Shown: piece by piece, positions 19,091 to 29,600 of the stretch | Layout of the letters: every line of letters begins with the position of its first letter | Numbering within the stretch: position 1 is the stretch's first letter | DNA from: an uncultured virus (IMG/VR IMGVR_UViG_3300048589_000479) | Lineage: Duplodnaviria; Heunggongvirae; Uroviricota; Caudoviricetes | DNA length: 64,000 bases | Direction: 5' to 3' (one strand) | Virus record (IMG/VR): IMGVR_UViG_3300048589_000479 | The notes under the pieces: model-generated | What the model was told of the DNA's origin: nothing | Seen by the model: only the letters and a program-made list of their open reading frames with translations | Database searches by the model: none | Position numbers and translations under genes: made by a program

Positions 19091-20149
19091 ATGGCTCGCA
19101 TCCCGAAGATCAGCATCCAGGGCTGGACCGAAGACGGTCCCGCGTACACGATCCACCGCACGCTCGCCGGCTGGCGGCACCGCAAGCACCGTCGCCAGGG
19201 CAACGCGCTCAACGCGAACGAGCTCGTCGGGCCGCACCCGGACCTGCCGGATGCCGAGCTCCCGGAAGACGTGGGCGCCTCGTTCATGGTCTTCGCCGTG
19301 GGCGAGGTCGAGGTCCAGGCGTTCCGTCGCGGCCATGTGTACGAGGCCACGCTGCTCGTTGACGGCGACGCCGTGAACGTGCTCGTGGATGCTCGCGGCG
19401 ATCACGAGGTCCAGGAGTATGCCACCGGCATCACGCTCCTGTCGTGGCGCGTGCTCGAAGGCGAGGAGCTCGAATCCGCGATCGAGCACGGCCCGGCGCT
19501 CGCGTCGAACGTCAGCGACGGCGCCGAGTCGCAGGAGCCGCAGGGCGACCACCTGCACGAGACGCTCGTGGCCGACGCCGACAACGCCGACGATCCGATC
19601 GTCACGCTCACCGGCGCCCAGGTCGAGGAGATCTCCGAGACGGCCGCGCTGCTCGACGCGGCGCTCACGCCCGGCACGCCGGAGCACGAGCAGGTCGTCG
19701 CCAACATCGGCGAGATCGCCACCGAGATCGCAGCGGGCGGCATGGTCCCGTCCGAGGCTGTGGCCTACCAGGTCGAGGACTCCACGGCGGCGCCCGATCC
19801 TATCGCCGAGCCCGCGCCCGACCTGGAGATCTCCGACGAGGCCGTGGGCAACATGGCTGCGATCGTGGAAGCCCTCGCCGACGAGAGTCTCACCGATGAG
19901 ACTCCCACCGAAGAGACTCCCACCGAAGAGACTCCCGCTCCGGAGCTCACCGTCGAGGACGTGATGGTGCAGCGCCAGCGCTGGGAAGAGCTCGAAGCGA
20001 AGTTCGCCGCCGACCAGATCACCGACGAGGAGCTCGACGAGCTCCAGTCCTTCCAGGACGCCGCGCGCGCTGTGGCCGAAGGCTCGATCGGAGACGACGA
20101 GGACGCGGTGGGGGGCGCCGACGACCTCGCCTCCGACGAGGAGGAGTAG
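19091..20149 (+). CDS. Highly acidic hypothetical protein
   Basis: 352 aa; leaderless after TAGGAT; ETPTE repeats; followed by terminator. Confidence 0.7.
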   Translation: MARIPKISIQGWTEDGPAYTIHRTLAGWRHRKHRRQGNALNANELVGPHPDLPDAELPEDVGASFMVFAVGEVEVQAFRRGHVYEATLLVDGDAVNVLVDARGDHEVQEYATGITLLSWRVLEGEELESAIEHGPALASNVSDGAESQEPQGDHLHETLVADADNADDPIVTLTGAQVEEISETAALLDAALTPGTPEHEQVVANIGEIATEIAAGGMVPSEAVAYQVEDSTAAPDPIAEPAPDLEISDEAVGNMAAIVEALADESLTDETPTEETPTEETPAPELTVEDVMVQRQRWEELEAKFAADQITDEELDELQSFQDAARAVAEGSIGDDEDAVGGADDLASDEEE

Positions 20150-20176
20150 GCCGAGCGCGCCGGCCTGTGATCTCCA

Positions 20177-20204
20177 GAGGGGGGCTGCTTCGGCGGCCCC
20201 CCTC
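20177..20204 (+). terminator. Intrinsic terminator hairpin
   Basis: GAGGGGGGCTGC-TTCG-GCGGCCCCCCTC followed by pyrimidine run. Confidence 0.7.
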
Positions 20205-20232
20205 GCCCTTTCCTGTGCCTCACGAACCCCGT

Positions 20233-20248
20233 GCGTATAACGGGGCCG
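20233..20248 (+). promoter_or_regulatory. Class III promoter motif
   Basis: Exact consensus upstream of major tail gene. Confidence 0.8.
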
Positions 20249-20275
20249 AGAGCGATTTCAACACAGGAGTTCGTC

Positions 20276-21010
20276 GTGGCAGAGAAGTGTGTCAACCTCG
20301 GTTGCCCGGAAGTCATCCGTCTGGCCCTGGCCGATGCGTGCTCCGGCGCGCCGGTCCCCGGTCCAGCGAACGGCATGGCCCTGCGCTGCCAGCGCAACGT
20401 CACGATCGAGGCCCGCATCCGCGAGGCTGACACGTCCGAGTTCGTCTCGGACTGCGGCCAGGTCGACGAGTACGTCCAGGATGCCTACGTCCAGGGCTAC
20501 ACCGTCAGCTTCGAGAGCGCGCGCATCTCGCCCGAGCTCCACGCGCTGCTCCTGGGCTACGACCTGCTCGCGATCGGCGGCGAGAACGTCGGCTTCATCG
20601 AGGAGGCGTCCGTCGGCTGCACCACGCAGACCGTGCGCCCGTCCTTCATCGTGGAGGCGTTCTACCGCGTTCGCCAGTGCGACCCCGGCGGTGGCTCCAA
20701 CTACCTCCGGCGCGTGCTCCAGGGCGTCAAGTTCAACCCGGTCGAGCAGGACAAGGAAGGCCAGATCGTCTTCGAGCGCTACACGGGCACTTCGGTCCCG
20801 GCGCTCACGGCCGGCCTGGTCAACCCGGTCAGCGACACGGGCGGTCCCTACCAGGACTTCCCGGCTGACATCGTGACGGAGATCGGCGCGCTTCCGGCCG
20901 GCCACCTGAACGTCGGCCTCCGCTGGGTGGACCCGATCGCGTCGCCGACCAACGGCGTCACGCTCGAGGCCGGCACCTGCTACACCGCCGAGGTTCCGGT
21001 CGACGCCTGA
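20276..21010 (+). CDS. Major tail (tube) protein
   Basis: GTG after AGGAG; 244 aa; position, own promoter shared with MCP; 8 Cys. Confidence 0.7.
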   Translation: MAEKCVNLGCPEVIRLALADACSGAPVPGPANGMALRCQRNVTIEARIREADTSEFVSDCGQVDEYVQDAYVQGYTVSFESARISPELHALLLGYDLLAIGGENVGFIEEASVGCTTQTVRPSFIVEAFYRVRQCDPGGGSNYLRRVLQGVKFNPVEQDKEGQIVFERYTGTSVPALTAGLVNPVSDTGGPYQDFPADIVTEIGALPAGHLNVGLRWVDPIASPTNGVTLEAGTCYTAEVPVDA

Positions 21011-21030
21011 TCGGAAGGGAGGGCTCGACC

Positions 21031-21771
21031 ATGAGCCGTGAAGTCTGCGCTCCGTGGACGACTCCCGACAAGCTCTGCAACGAGGGGGGCGGGACCACGA
21101 CCGATTGCGTCGATGGTTCCGTCCCCCTCGTCTTCAAGTGGAGCGACGAGGAGCTCATCCTGGCCGCCTCGAACATCCTGTACGCCCGGACGTGCTTCAT
21201 GTACCCCGGCGTGTGCGGCCCGTTCGACGTGTGGCCCTGCATCGACAGCCGGTGCTACTCGCCGAAGCACCCGTGCGCGCCGTGCGTCAGCTACAACGTC
21301 ATCATGCTGCCGAGCGACCTGCCCGTGCTGGGCATCGACTCGATCACCGAGAACGGCGTGGCGCTCGACCCCGGCGCGTACCGGCTCGATCGCGGCAACC
21401 GCGTCGTGCGCCTGGACGGTCTGCGCTGGCAGCGCAACAACTTCGGGCTGACGTCCGAGGGCGTCGAGACGATCGTGACGTACACGGTCGGCGTGCTGCC
21501 GCCGGTGGAGCTCCAGATGGCTGCGGCCGCGCTCGCTGACGAGCTCAAGAAGTCGTGCAACGGCCAGTCGTGCGCGCTCGATCCCCGCGTGGCGAGCTTC
21601 CAGCGTCGCGGCGTCGCCGTCGAGCTCACCGATCTCGCCGAGATGCTCAAGTCCGGCGCCACGGGCATTCCGATCGTCGATCACGCGCTCAAGGTCCACG
21701 GTCAGTGCGCGCAGGGCACCGCTACTATGGTGGACCCAGCAGCACCGTACCGAGGGCAGCGTGTGACCTGA
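21031..21771 (+). CDS. Head-to-tail adaptor
   Basis: AASNILYART..AYRLD..LADELKKSC..RGV..TGIPIVD motifs; 12 Cys. Confidence 0.7.
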   Translation: MSREVCAPWTTPDKLCNEGGGTTTDCVDGSVPLVFKWSDEELILAASNILYARTCFMYPGVCGPFDVWPCIDSRCYSPKHPCAPCVSYNVIMLPSDLPVLGIDSITENGVALDPGAYRLDRGNRVVRLDGLRWQRNNFGLTSEGVETIVTYTVGVLPPVELQMAAAALADELKKSCNGQSCALDPRVASFQRRGVAVELTDLAEMLKSGATGIPIVDHALKVHGQCAQGTATMVDPAAPYRGQRVT

Positions 21772-22262
21772 TGCGTCGAAGCCATGTAGCGAAGGACATT
21801 CTGGACGCGCTCTATGCGTGCATGATCTCCCAGGTGGGTCAGCGCTGCGACGAGTACGTTTGGTCGCGCACGCGCGGCGTCCCGCCGGCCGACTGCAACT
21901 CGATCACCGCCTCGTGGATGGACCGCGAGCAGAGCACGTTCGGCGACTGCGAGCAGATGGGCGAATGCCGCGAGTGGGACGCCGTGTTCGGTCTGCGCAT
22001 CGTGCTGACGCGCGTGTGCATGGGTCCGGACCAGGCGGTGAACTTCGACTGGTCACTCGAGGACGCGGCGGCCGCGTGCTTCGACGACGACCTGGACCTG
22101 ATCGAAGAGTGCCTCAACTGCATGGACTGGACGACGATTCGCCAGACCCACGGCATCGACACGATCTACGCCGGCACGACGAATGACATCGAGAGCGAGG
22201 GTGGTGGCTACTCGGCATACGTCGAGCTCATCATCAAGGCCCGCGAGTGCTGCTCGGTCTGA
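21771..22262 (+). CDS. Putative tail terminator/connector
   Basis: TGATG overlap; 163 aa, 11 Cys; ..EGG.. near C-terminus; position. Confidence 0.55.
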   Translation: MRRSHVAKDILDALYACMISQVGQRCDEYVWSRTRGVPPADCNSITASWMDREQSTFGDCEQMGECREWDAVFGLRIVLTRVCMGPDQAVNFDWSLEDAAAACFDDDLDLIEECLNCMDWTTIRQTHGIDTIYAGTTNDIESEGGGYSAYVELIIKARECCSV

Positions 22263-22726
22263 TGGCTCGCGTCTATGTTGACTTCGACGGGATCGACCGG
22301 GCAATCCGTCCGGAGTTGCGCCTGCGCGCGCGACGCGCCCTGCAGACGTACCGGCGCGCGCGGCTCAAGCGTGACGCCGCCGGCTACCCGTTCGCGCAGC
22401 GCCCCGAAGACGGCTCGATCCGCGATCCGGCCAACTCGTCGGTGCGGCCGATCCCTGGCGGCATTCGGATCAAGGTCAAGTCGCGCGGCGCCCGGTTCAT
22501 CGAGCGCGGCAACGACGAGGGCGGCGACACGATCCAGGGCAACCTCGCGCTGCCACTGCGCGGTGGCGGCAAGCGCGGCAAGCGCCGGTTCGGTGCCGGC
22601 AAGGTCATCATCGGCGAGGACGGCCGGCCGTACCTCATGGTCCAGCGCGTGCGCACCTACCGTGGTCGCCGCCTCCTGGAGCGCTCCGTGCGGCGCGAGT
22701 TCACCGGCTACCGAGGCCGCGTGTAG
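22262..22726 (+). CDS. Basic neck/tail-completion protein (HK97 gp10-like position)
   Basis: Arg-rich; ARFIERG motif. Confidence 0.55.
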   Translation: MARVYVDFDGIDRAIRPELRLRARRALQTYRRARLKRDAAGYPFAQRPEDGSIRDPANSSVRPIPGGIRIKVKSRGARFIERGNDEGGDTIQGNLALPLRGGGKRGKRRFGAGKVIIGEDGRPYLMVQRVRTYRGRRLLERSVRREFTGYRGRV

Positions 22727-22748
22727 GGGTGCCGCTACGCTGTCTGGC

Positions 22749-23255
22749 ATGACACAGACTCCGGCAGCACCCGCAGCACCCATGCCCGTCGCCCCGGCCG
22801 CTCCCGCAGCGCCGCTGGGCCAGACCCCGGCCGCCCCGCACGCAGTCGTGCAGGCAGCCGCCGCGCCGCCCGCGCCCCCCGCGAGCAACTCGCTCTCGCT
22901 CAAGCCGGGCACCACGCCGTCGCCCGTGCAGGGCGCAGCGATGGAGGCCGTGCAGTGGACGGGTCAGCTTCTCGTCGGCCCCGCCGAGCATCCCGATCGC
23001 AAGGTCGCCTACGAGCTCGTTCCGAGCCTGTCGGCGCTCGATATGGTGCTGATGCAGGAGGCCCAGGACTCCGGCAAGTTCCGCGAGCTCATCGCCGCGA
23101 TCAAGCACCTGGTCCCGTTCCATCAGCGCGACGCGATCGTGGCGCAGATGCTCACGGAGCCCGAGGACTTCCGCGACCGCATGACGCTCGACGACTGCAT
23201 GGAAGTGCTGGCGTCGGGCCTGGAGCAGATCGCAGCACGCCCTACGAGCAAGTAG
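22749..23255 (+). CDS. Tail assembly chaperone (G)
   Basis: Upstream of tape measure; leaderless after TACGCT; ends ..ARPTSK. Confidence 0.7.
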   Translation: MTQTPAAPAAPMPVAPAAPAAPLGQTPAAPHAVVQAAAAPPAPPASNSLSLKPGTTPSPVQGAAMEAVQWTGQLLVGPAEHPDRKVAYELVPSLSALDMVLMQEAQDSGKFRELIAAIKHLVPFHQRDAIVAQMLTEPEDFRDRMTLDDCMEVLASGLEQIAARPTSK

Positions 23256-23596
23256 CCCTCCTGTGGGGGACGTTCTGCGCGAACTTCGCGCGGATCGAGG
23301 GGAGCTACTACCAGATCGAGCTCGCTACTTGCTCACTCCGCAAGGTGCTCAATCTGACGTACACCTGGCTGTTCGATCTGATCGGCGGGACGGACGACTG
23401 GAAGAAGAACTACGAGCACGTCTTCGATCCGGAGGCGCACTCGGACTTCGACTATGTCGACCTCGGACCCACCACGTCGGCGGCCCCCACGAGCTCGTTC
23501 ACGAATCCCCGCGCGGCCGGCAAGGACGCCGCCGGCAACACGATGGTCGACGTCGGGAACGCACCTGTCGCGAAGCTGCTCTTCAAGGGCTACTAG
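23240..23596 (+). CDS. Tail assembly chaperone -1 frameshift extension (T)
   Basis: Open -1 frame PYEQVALLWG.. with no good own start; overlaps end of G at GCCCTAC. Confidence 0.6.
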   Translation, partial: PYEQVALLWGTFCANFARIEGSYYQIELATCSLRKVLNLTYTWLFDLIGGTDDWKKNYEHVFDPEAHSDFDYVDLGPTTSAAPTSSFTNPRAAGKDAAGNTMVDVGNAPVAKLLFKGY

Positions 23597-23611
23597 GCGA
23601 CACAAACCGAG

Positions 23612-23627
23612 GCGTATAACGGCTGCG
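23612..23627 (+). promoter_or_regulatory. Class III promoter motif GCGTATAACGGCTGCG
   Basis: TATAAC ends 8 nt before tape measure ATG. Confidence 0.7.
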
Positions 23628-23628
23628 A

Positions 23629-26600
23629 ATGGCGGGCAATCGCGACATCCACGGGTCCGTCGTCCTCGACGTCAAGGTCGACGGCGAGCAGACCGCGAAG
23701 CAGCGACTCGAGAGCGCATTCGCGACCCTCGAAGCGAACGTCAACGTCAACGCTGACTTCAACAAGGCCCAGGTCCAGGCCGCGCTCACCGCCGCCTCGA
23801 AGGGGCTCTTCGTCAAGGTCGGCGTGGTCTTCGACGACGGCGACGCGAAGCGCAGTTTCCGCGATATGGAGCGGCGCCTGGACGCACTCACGCTCGCGCG
23901 CGAGAAGGCCGCGCTCGACGGCGCGAAGGCCGAGAAGAAGGCCAACGAGTCGATCCGCGTGGACAACGCGAAGACCGGCAACGCCCGCAAGCGCGTCAAC
24001 GACCAGATTCGCCTCTCGACCGAGAAGACGGCGAACTCCTGGGTGGCTGCCGAGAAGAAGGCCAACGAGTCGATTCGCCTCGACTACACCCGCACCGCGA
24101 ACCATAAGGTGCGCCTCGACAACGCGAACCGAGCATTCCACGAGCGCATCGAAACCGGCCTGACCGCGTTCGAGCTCCGCGAGCTCGAGAAGCGCGAGAC
24201 GGCCCGCGTGACGTCTGCCACCCGGTCCAACGACAAGGTGCGCACGCAGCAGTCGAAGGGCGAGCAGGACCGCGCGACCGCCCGCGAGCGCGGCCTGGTT
24301 CGCCTCGACGTGCTCGAAGACCAGCACTTGAAGCGACTCGAGCAGTACGAGGCCGCAGCCGCCCAGCGGCGTGCCGTCATCAACTCGCAGCTACAGGCGC
24401 GGATCGCGGCGCAGAACAACCTCTTCGAGCAGCGCCAGGAGATCGCGCGCCAGCGCGTGCAGGACCGGCTCAACGCGAAGCCGCTGATCCAGCGCATCCT
24501 CATCAACTCGAACCAGATCAACCAGTCGCTCGCGGAGTTCGACCGCACCGTGTCGCGCGTGCTGCGCACGTCGCTCACCGCGTTCACCGTCTGGTCGGCC
24601 GGCGTCGCGCTCGCGTTCGGAGCCGCCGCTACTGCCGGCGTCGTTGCGTTCGCGCGCCTGGAAACGTCTGCCACGCGAGCGGCTGCGATCGTCGCCTCCG
24701 ACGCCTTCAACGAGTCGCTGCTCAAGAACGGGCGCGGCATCACGAACTTCGCCGAGGTCAGCGAGAATGCGCAGAAGCGGATCACGGAGGCGTCGTCGAA
24801 GATCGCGCTGACCACGCTGTTCTCGCCGACCGAAGTCACCGAGGGCGTCCGGTCGCTCCTGCAGGCAGGCCAGGATCTCGAGACTGCTCTGCTCAACATT
24901 GGACCCGCTGCCGAGTTCGCGCAGATCAACGAAATCGAGCTCAAGGAAGCGACCGACGGGCTCGCAGCCGGCCTCGACTCCGCTGGCCTCCAGGCGAAGG
25001 ACTCGGGCGCGCTGCTCGACAAGTTCGCGTTCGTCGCGCAGAACGCGCTCGGCGAGGCCAGCGACTACATGACGGCGTTCGCCAACAAGTCGGCCGCCGC
25101 CGCCCGCGCGTTCGGCTTCTCCAACGACGAGGCGCTGACGCTGCTCGCGCTGCTCGGAAAGACCGGCACGCTCGGCGAAGAGGCCGGCACCCAGGCCAAC
25201 ATCGTCTTCCGCGAGCTCTCGCGCGGCGCCGGTCGTGCTGGCAAGGCGTGGCAGGACGCGGGCATTGACATCAACGGCCCCTTGAACGAGATGATCTTGA
25301 AGATCGGCACGCTCGCCGCCGAGGTCAAGCGCACGCAGGGCCGCGCGGGTGTCGCGCAACTCGCGGAAGAGCTCGGCCTGACGTTCCGATCCGTGTCGTC
25401 GATCCTGCAGATTCTCCCGAAGGCGCAGGAGCTCGGACTCGACGGGCTCAACCAACTCACCGAGGGCATCTCGAAGTCGCAGGGCGCCGTCGCTCGCCAG
25501 TCGGAGGAGCTCAAGAAGACGATCGGGTTCCAGTTCGACAACCTGCTCGACTCCTTCTACGTCGCCTTCGCGAAGTTCGGCGAGGCGGCGTCGGACAACG
25601 TGACCAGCCTCTTCGACAAGCTCGCGGGCTCGGGCGGCCTGATCGACCAGGCGACGCCTCGCGTGATCGAGTTCGGCGAGCGCTTCGGCGCGCTGATCGG
25701 CCGCATCGCAAACTTCCTTGACACCGACAGCTTCAAGAACGGCGTAGCCACTCTCGTCGAGTCTATCGAGGTCACGATCCGAGGAGTCAGCGAGGCGTTC
25801 GCGGCGTTCTCCGCTGCGTTCGACAACGCCGAGAAGGGCGCATCCACGTTCGAGAACGTGGCGACCGCGATCCTGGCATTCGCACGGGTGTCGGCAACGG
25901 TCCTGCCCGCCTTCGCTCGCATCCTGGGAACGGTCTTCGACTTCCTGATCGACAACGCAGATGCCTTCGAGACGTTCGCGAAGCTCACGCTGGGCGTGTA
26001 CGCGCTACGCAAGGCGTACTCGCTGCTGATCCTCCCGCTGCTCACCGCCGCCGACGGCATCCGGAAGATTCGCGCCGCGCTGATCGCCGCGACCGGAGCC
26101 GAGGCTGCGAACACCGTCGTCGGCGGGATCGCGCGCGTCGCCGATGCCTACGGCCTGCTCGGGAAGCAGGCGGCGTCGGCCGCCGCGAGCATCGAGCTCG
26201 TGCAGGTTGCCAACTCCACGGCGTTCCCGACCCTGGGTCGTGGCGCGGCTGGCGGCGTTGCGGCGAAGGGTGCGACAGGCAACGGCGCCACGACCGCTGC
26301 GGTCGCCGGCAACGCGGCCCTGCTCGCGCCGGAGCTCTCCCGTGTCTTCAAGGGCGGCGCCGGTGGAGCGAACGCCGCTCGCGCCGCCACCGCCTTCGAG
26401 ACGATCACGCCGGCTGTGGCGAAGGGCGCAGGCCCGATCGGTCGGATCACCGCCCTCTTCGTCAAGCTGGGCGACGTGTTCGCGAAGCTCGTGCCGGGCT
26501 TCATCAAGGGGCTGCCGCTGATCGGACGCCTGGCGACCGGGTTCGCGAAGTTCGCCGGGCCGGTCGGTATCGTCATCGCGCTCATCGACGGCGCCATTGG

Positions 26601-29600
26601 AATCTTCAAGGGCTTCTTCGAGGAGATCTCGAAGACAAAGGACGAGAGCTCGGAGGTCGGGCGCACGTTCGCGGAGCTCAAGCCGATCTTCGACGCCGTG
26701 TTCGCCAGCGCGAAGGTCGCGTTCGCAATCCTCTTCGACGTGCTCGCTGTCGTCGGCCGAGTCGGTCAGTCGATCGGACGGCTCTTCGGCGGCCTGTTCA
26801 ACGACATTCTCATCAACTTCGGCGACGTCATTCGCGGGATCAAGGCGCTCTTCAATGGAGAGTTCACCGTCTTCCTCAAGGCGTTCGGCGACGTCATCAT
26901 CAACTCGATCACCGCCCCGTTCCGTCTCGCGATCGGCTTCGTCATCGATCTCGTCGCCGACCTGCTCGGCAACCTCGAGAGCGTCCCCGTGATCGGCGGC
27001 AAGATCGAGGGCGTGGCCGACGGACTGCGTGGCGCTGCCAGCGCGACGCGCGACCTGCGCGTGAACATGAGCGCCGCCGAGGTCGAGGCCGACAAGGTGG
27101 CGACGTCCACCGGCGAGATCGACCTGGCAACGCAGCGCGCCGCGCTCTCCGCGAAGGATCTCGCCTACCAGAACCAGACGGTCGCCCGCGTCGCCTCGCT
27201 CTCCGCGCAGGTGTTCGAGCGCGCCGCCGCTCGCTCCGTCGTGCAGATCGACCGCACGAAGGCCGCCACGGTCGGCGCTGACGGCGCGGCGCGCAACCTA
27301 CTCGGAACCGTCGGCGGGATCACGCCCACCTTTCAGGGCATGGCCGATGCCGGCGTGGTCGGGCTCTCCCGCATCGAGTCGGCGGCGAGCGCCACGACCG
27401 CCGAGCTCCTCGCGATGCAGGCGGCTCTCCAGGCGGGGCTCGGCCAGGCCGCCAACGCGCAGAACTCGATCATCGACTCGGCGCAGCAGTTCGCGCTCTC
27501 GGAGGCCCAGGCCGGTCGCGGCGCGCTGTCCGTCGAGCAGGTCCAGGCCAACATCGCAGCGCAGGCAGAGCAGCGCCGACGCGACCGCCTCGTTGCGGCA
27601 GCGCGCAAGTCGCGCCGCGACCAGAAGATCATCGAAGACGCGCTGGGCACCGACGAGCTCGGCAGCCTGGACGCGACCGACACCGGCGCGGCGGCGAAGC
27701 CGATCCAGCGCGAGTTCATCGATCCGGACGACGCGGTGCAGGCGGCGATCGACCGACTCAAGCCCGCGCGGAAGATCGCCGAGACGAACGCGCTGATCTC
27801 GAAGGTCGTCGGCGACGCCGGCAAGTCCTACCAGTTGACGCGCCGCGACACGATCCTTCTCGCCGAGACGATGCCGCGCATTGACAAGGCGATCGAGGTC
27901 CAGAAGAAGAAGGTCGAAGAGCTCACGACCGCGCTGGACACGCTCCGCAACGTGCAGATCAAGGGCACCCAGGCGTTCTCCGACGCGGCGTTCGAGAACG
28001 AGCAGGCGATCAAGCGACTCCAGTTGCAGCGTCTCGACACGCTCGCCGTCCCCGGCACCACCGAGGAGTCGGCGGCAGTCAAGGCGATCGACGACCAGAT
28101 CAAGGCGCTGCAGACGACCGCCGAGCGCGCGTCGCTCGTCGAGTCACTCGAGCTCGACCCGCTCCGTCGCAAGCTCGAAGAGACGTTCAACCCGGTCAAG
28201 GAAGACACGTTCGCCAACATCATCAAGAGCTTCAACGAGCTCTCGGCGGCGCAGGAGACGCAGACCGCGAAGCTGACGAGCCAGGAGGCAATCCAGGCGA
28301 AGCTCAACGAGCGGCTGACCGGCGCGCAGGAGCGCTACACGAAGATCGACGAGGCCGCGCAGAAGTCGGTCGAGGCGTTCAACAAGGCACAGAGCGCCGC
28401 AGCCGAAACCGCCACGTCGCTGTCGTCGGTTGGCACGTCGGCGTCGGCCGGCGCGCGCAGCGTCAACCGCTACTCCGATGCCGTCGAGAACGTCCCGACC
28501 GGCAAGGGCGTCGTGGACAAGTCGCTCAAGGGGATCAACGATCGCGTCACCGAGCTCGCCTCGCAGTTCACCGGCGCCGGTGCCCGCGTCGTCACGCTCT
28601 ACACGCGCGGAATCAACCAGGCGCTCGTGGACGTTCTACAGCCGGCCCTCGCCACTGTCGTCGAGCGCACGCTGATCTACCTCCGCACTCCGATCGCTCC
28701 GGCGGCGAAGGCTGGCGAGGCGATCATGGGCGGGTTCCTGGCCGGCATGAAGGAAGGGTTCGGATCGCCGGAGAAGATCGGCTCCGTCGCCTGGTACCTC
28801 AACGTCTTCATCCCGAAGTGGATCCGCGAGAACAAGGGTCCGGTCGCCTATGACGCGACGATCCTCGTGCCCGCAGGCCAGGCCGTCATGGAGGGCTTCG
28901 GCAAGGGTCTTCGCGGCGGGTTCGCCCAGATCCAGTCGTTCGTGAAGGACGTTGGCCCGTCGCTCAAGGAGTTCATCAGCGCCGATGCGTTCTCCGGGCG
29001 CACGGCGACGATCATGGCTGACATCGCGCTCGGCAAGTCGCCCGACGTCAACGCCGCCTTCGAGGACATCAAGGCGGCGATGGTCGTCACCGCCGGCAGC
29101 TTCCCCGGCGACGCCGATCCGAGCCTGTCGTTCCTGCACCCGACGCTCTCGCTGGCCGACACGATCCAGCAGGCGTTCGGCATCATCAAGGCGCTCGGCG
29201 GCGGGCTCAACACCGGCGGCCCAGGACAGATCTCGCGGCCCGACGGCTCGACCTCCAACAACTCGCGCCACGAGGACGGCGTGGCGGCTGACATCGGCAC
29301 GGGAACCTCGCAGCCGACGGCCGCCTCCCTCAAGCTCTTCGAGCAGGCGAAGAAGCTCCTCGGCTCCGTCTTCCGGCAGGTCATCCACAACGGCGTCGGC
29401 CTCACCGCTGGCGGCGGCTCGTTCCCGGACAGCCAGCACTTCGATCACGTCCACCTGGAGTGGTTGCAGGGGCTCGGCTTCAACGAGAACTCCGGGAAGA
29501 TCGGCAAGCCGCCCGTCGTGGACATCCCCGGCGCGCCGCCGCAGATCGACGCGGCGCTCAACGCGGCCTCGAAGAAGTACGGCGTCGAGCTCGCGCTGGT

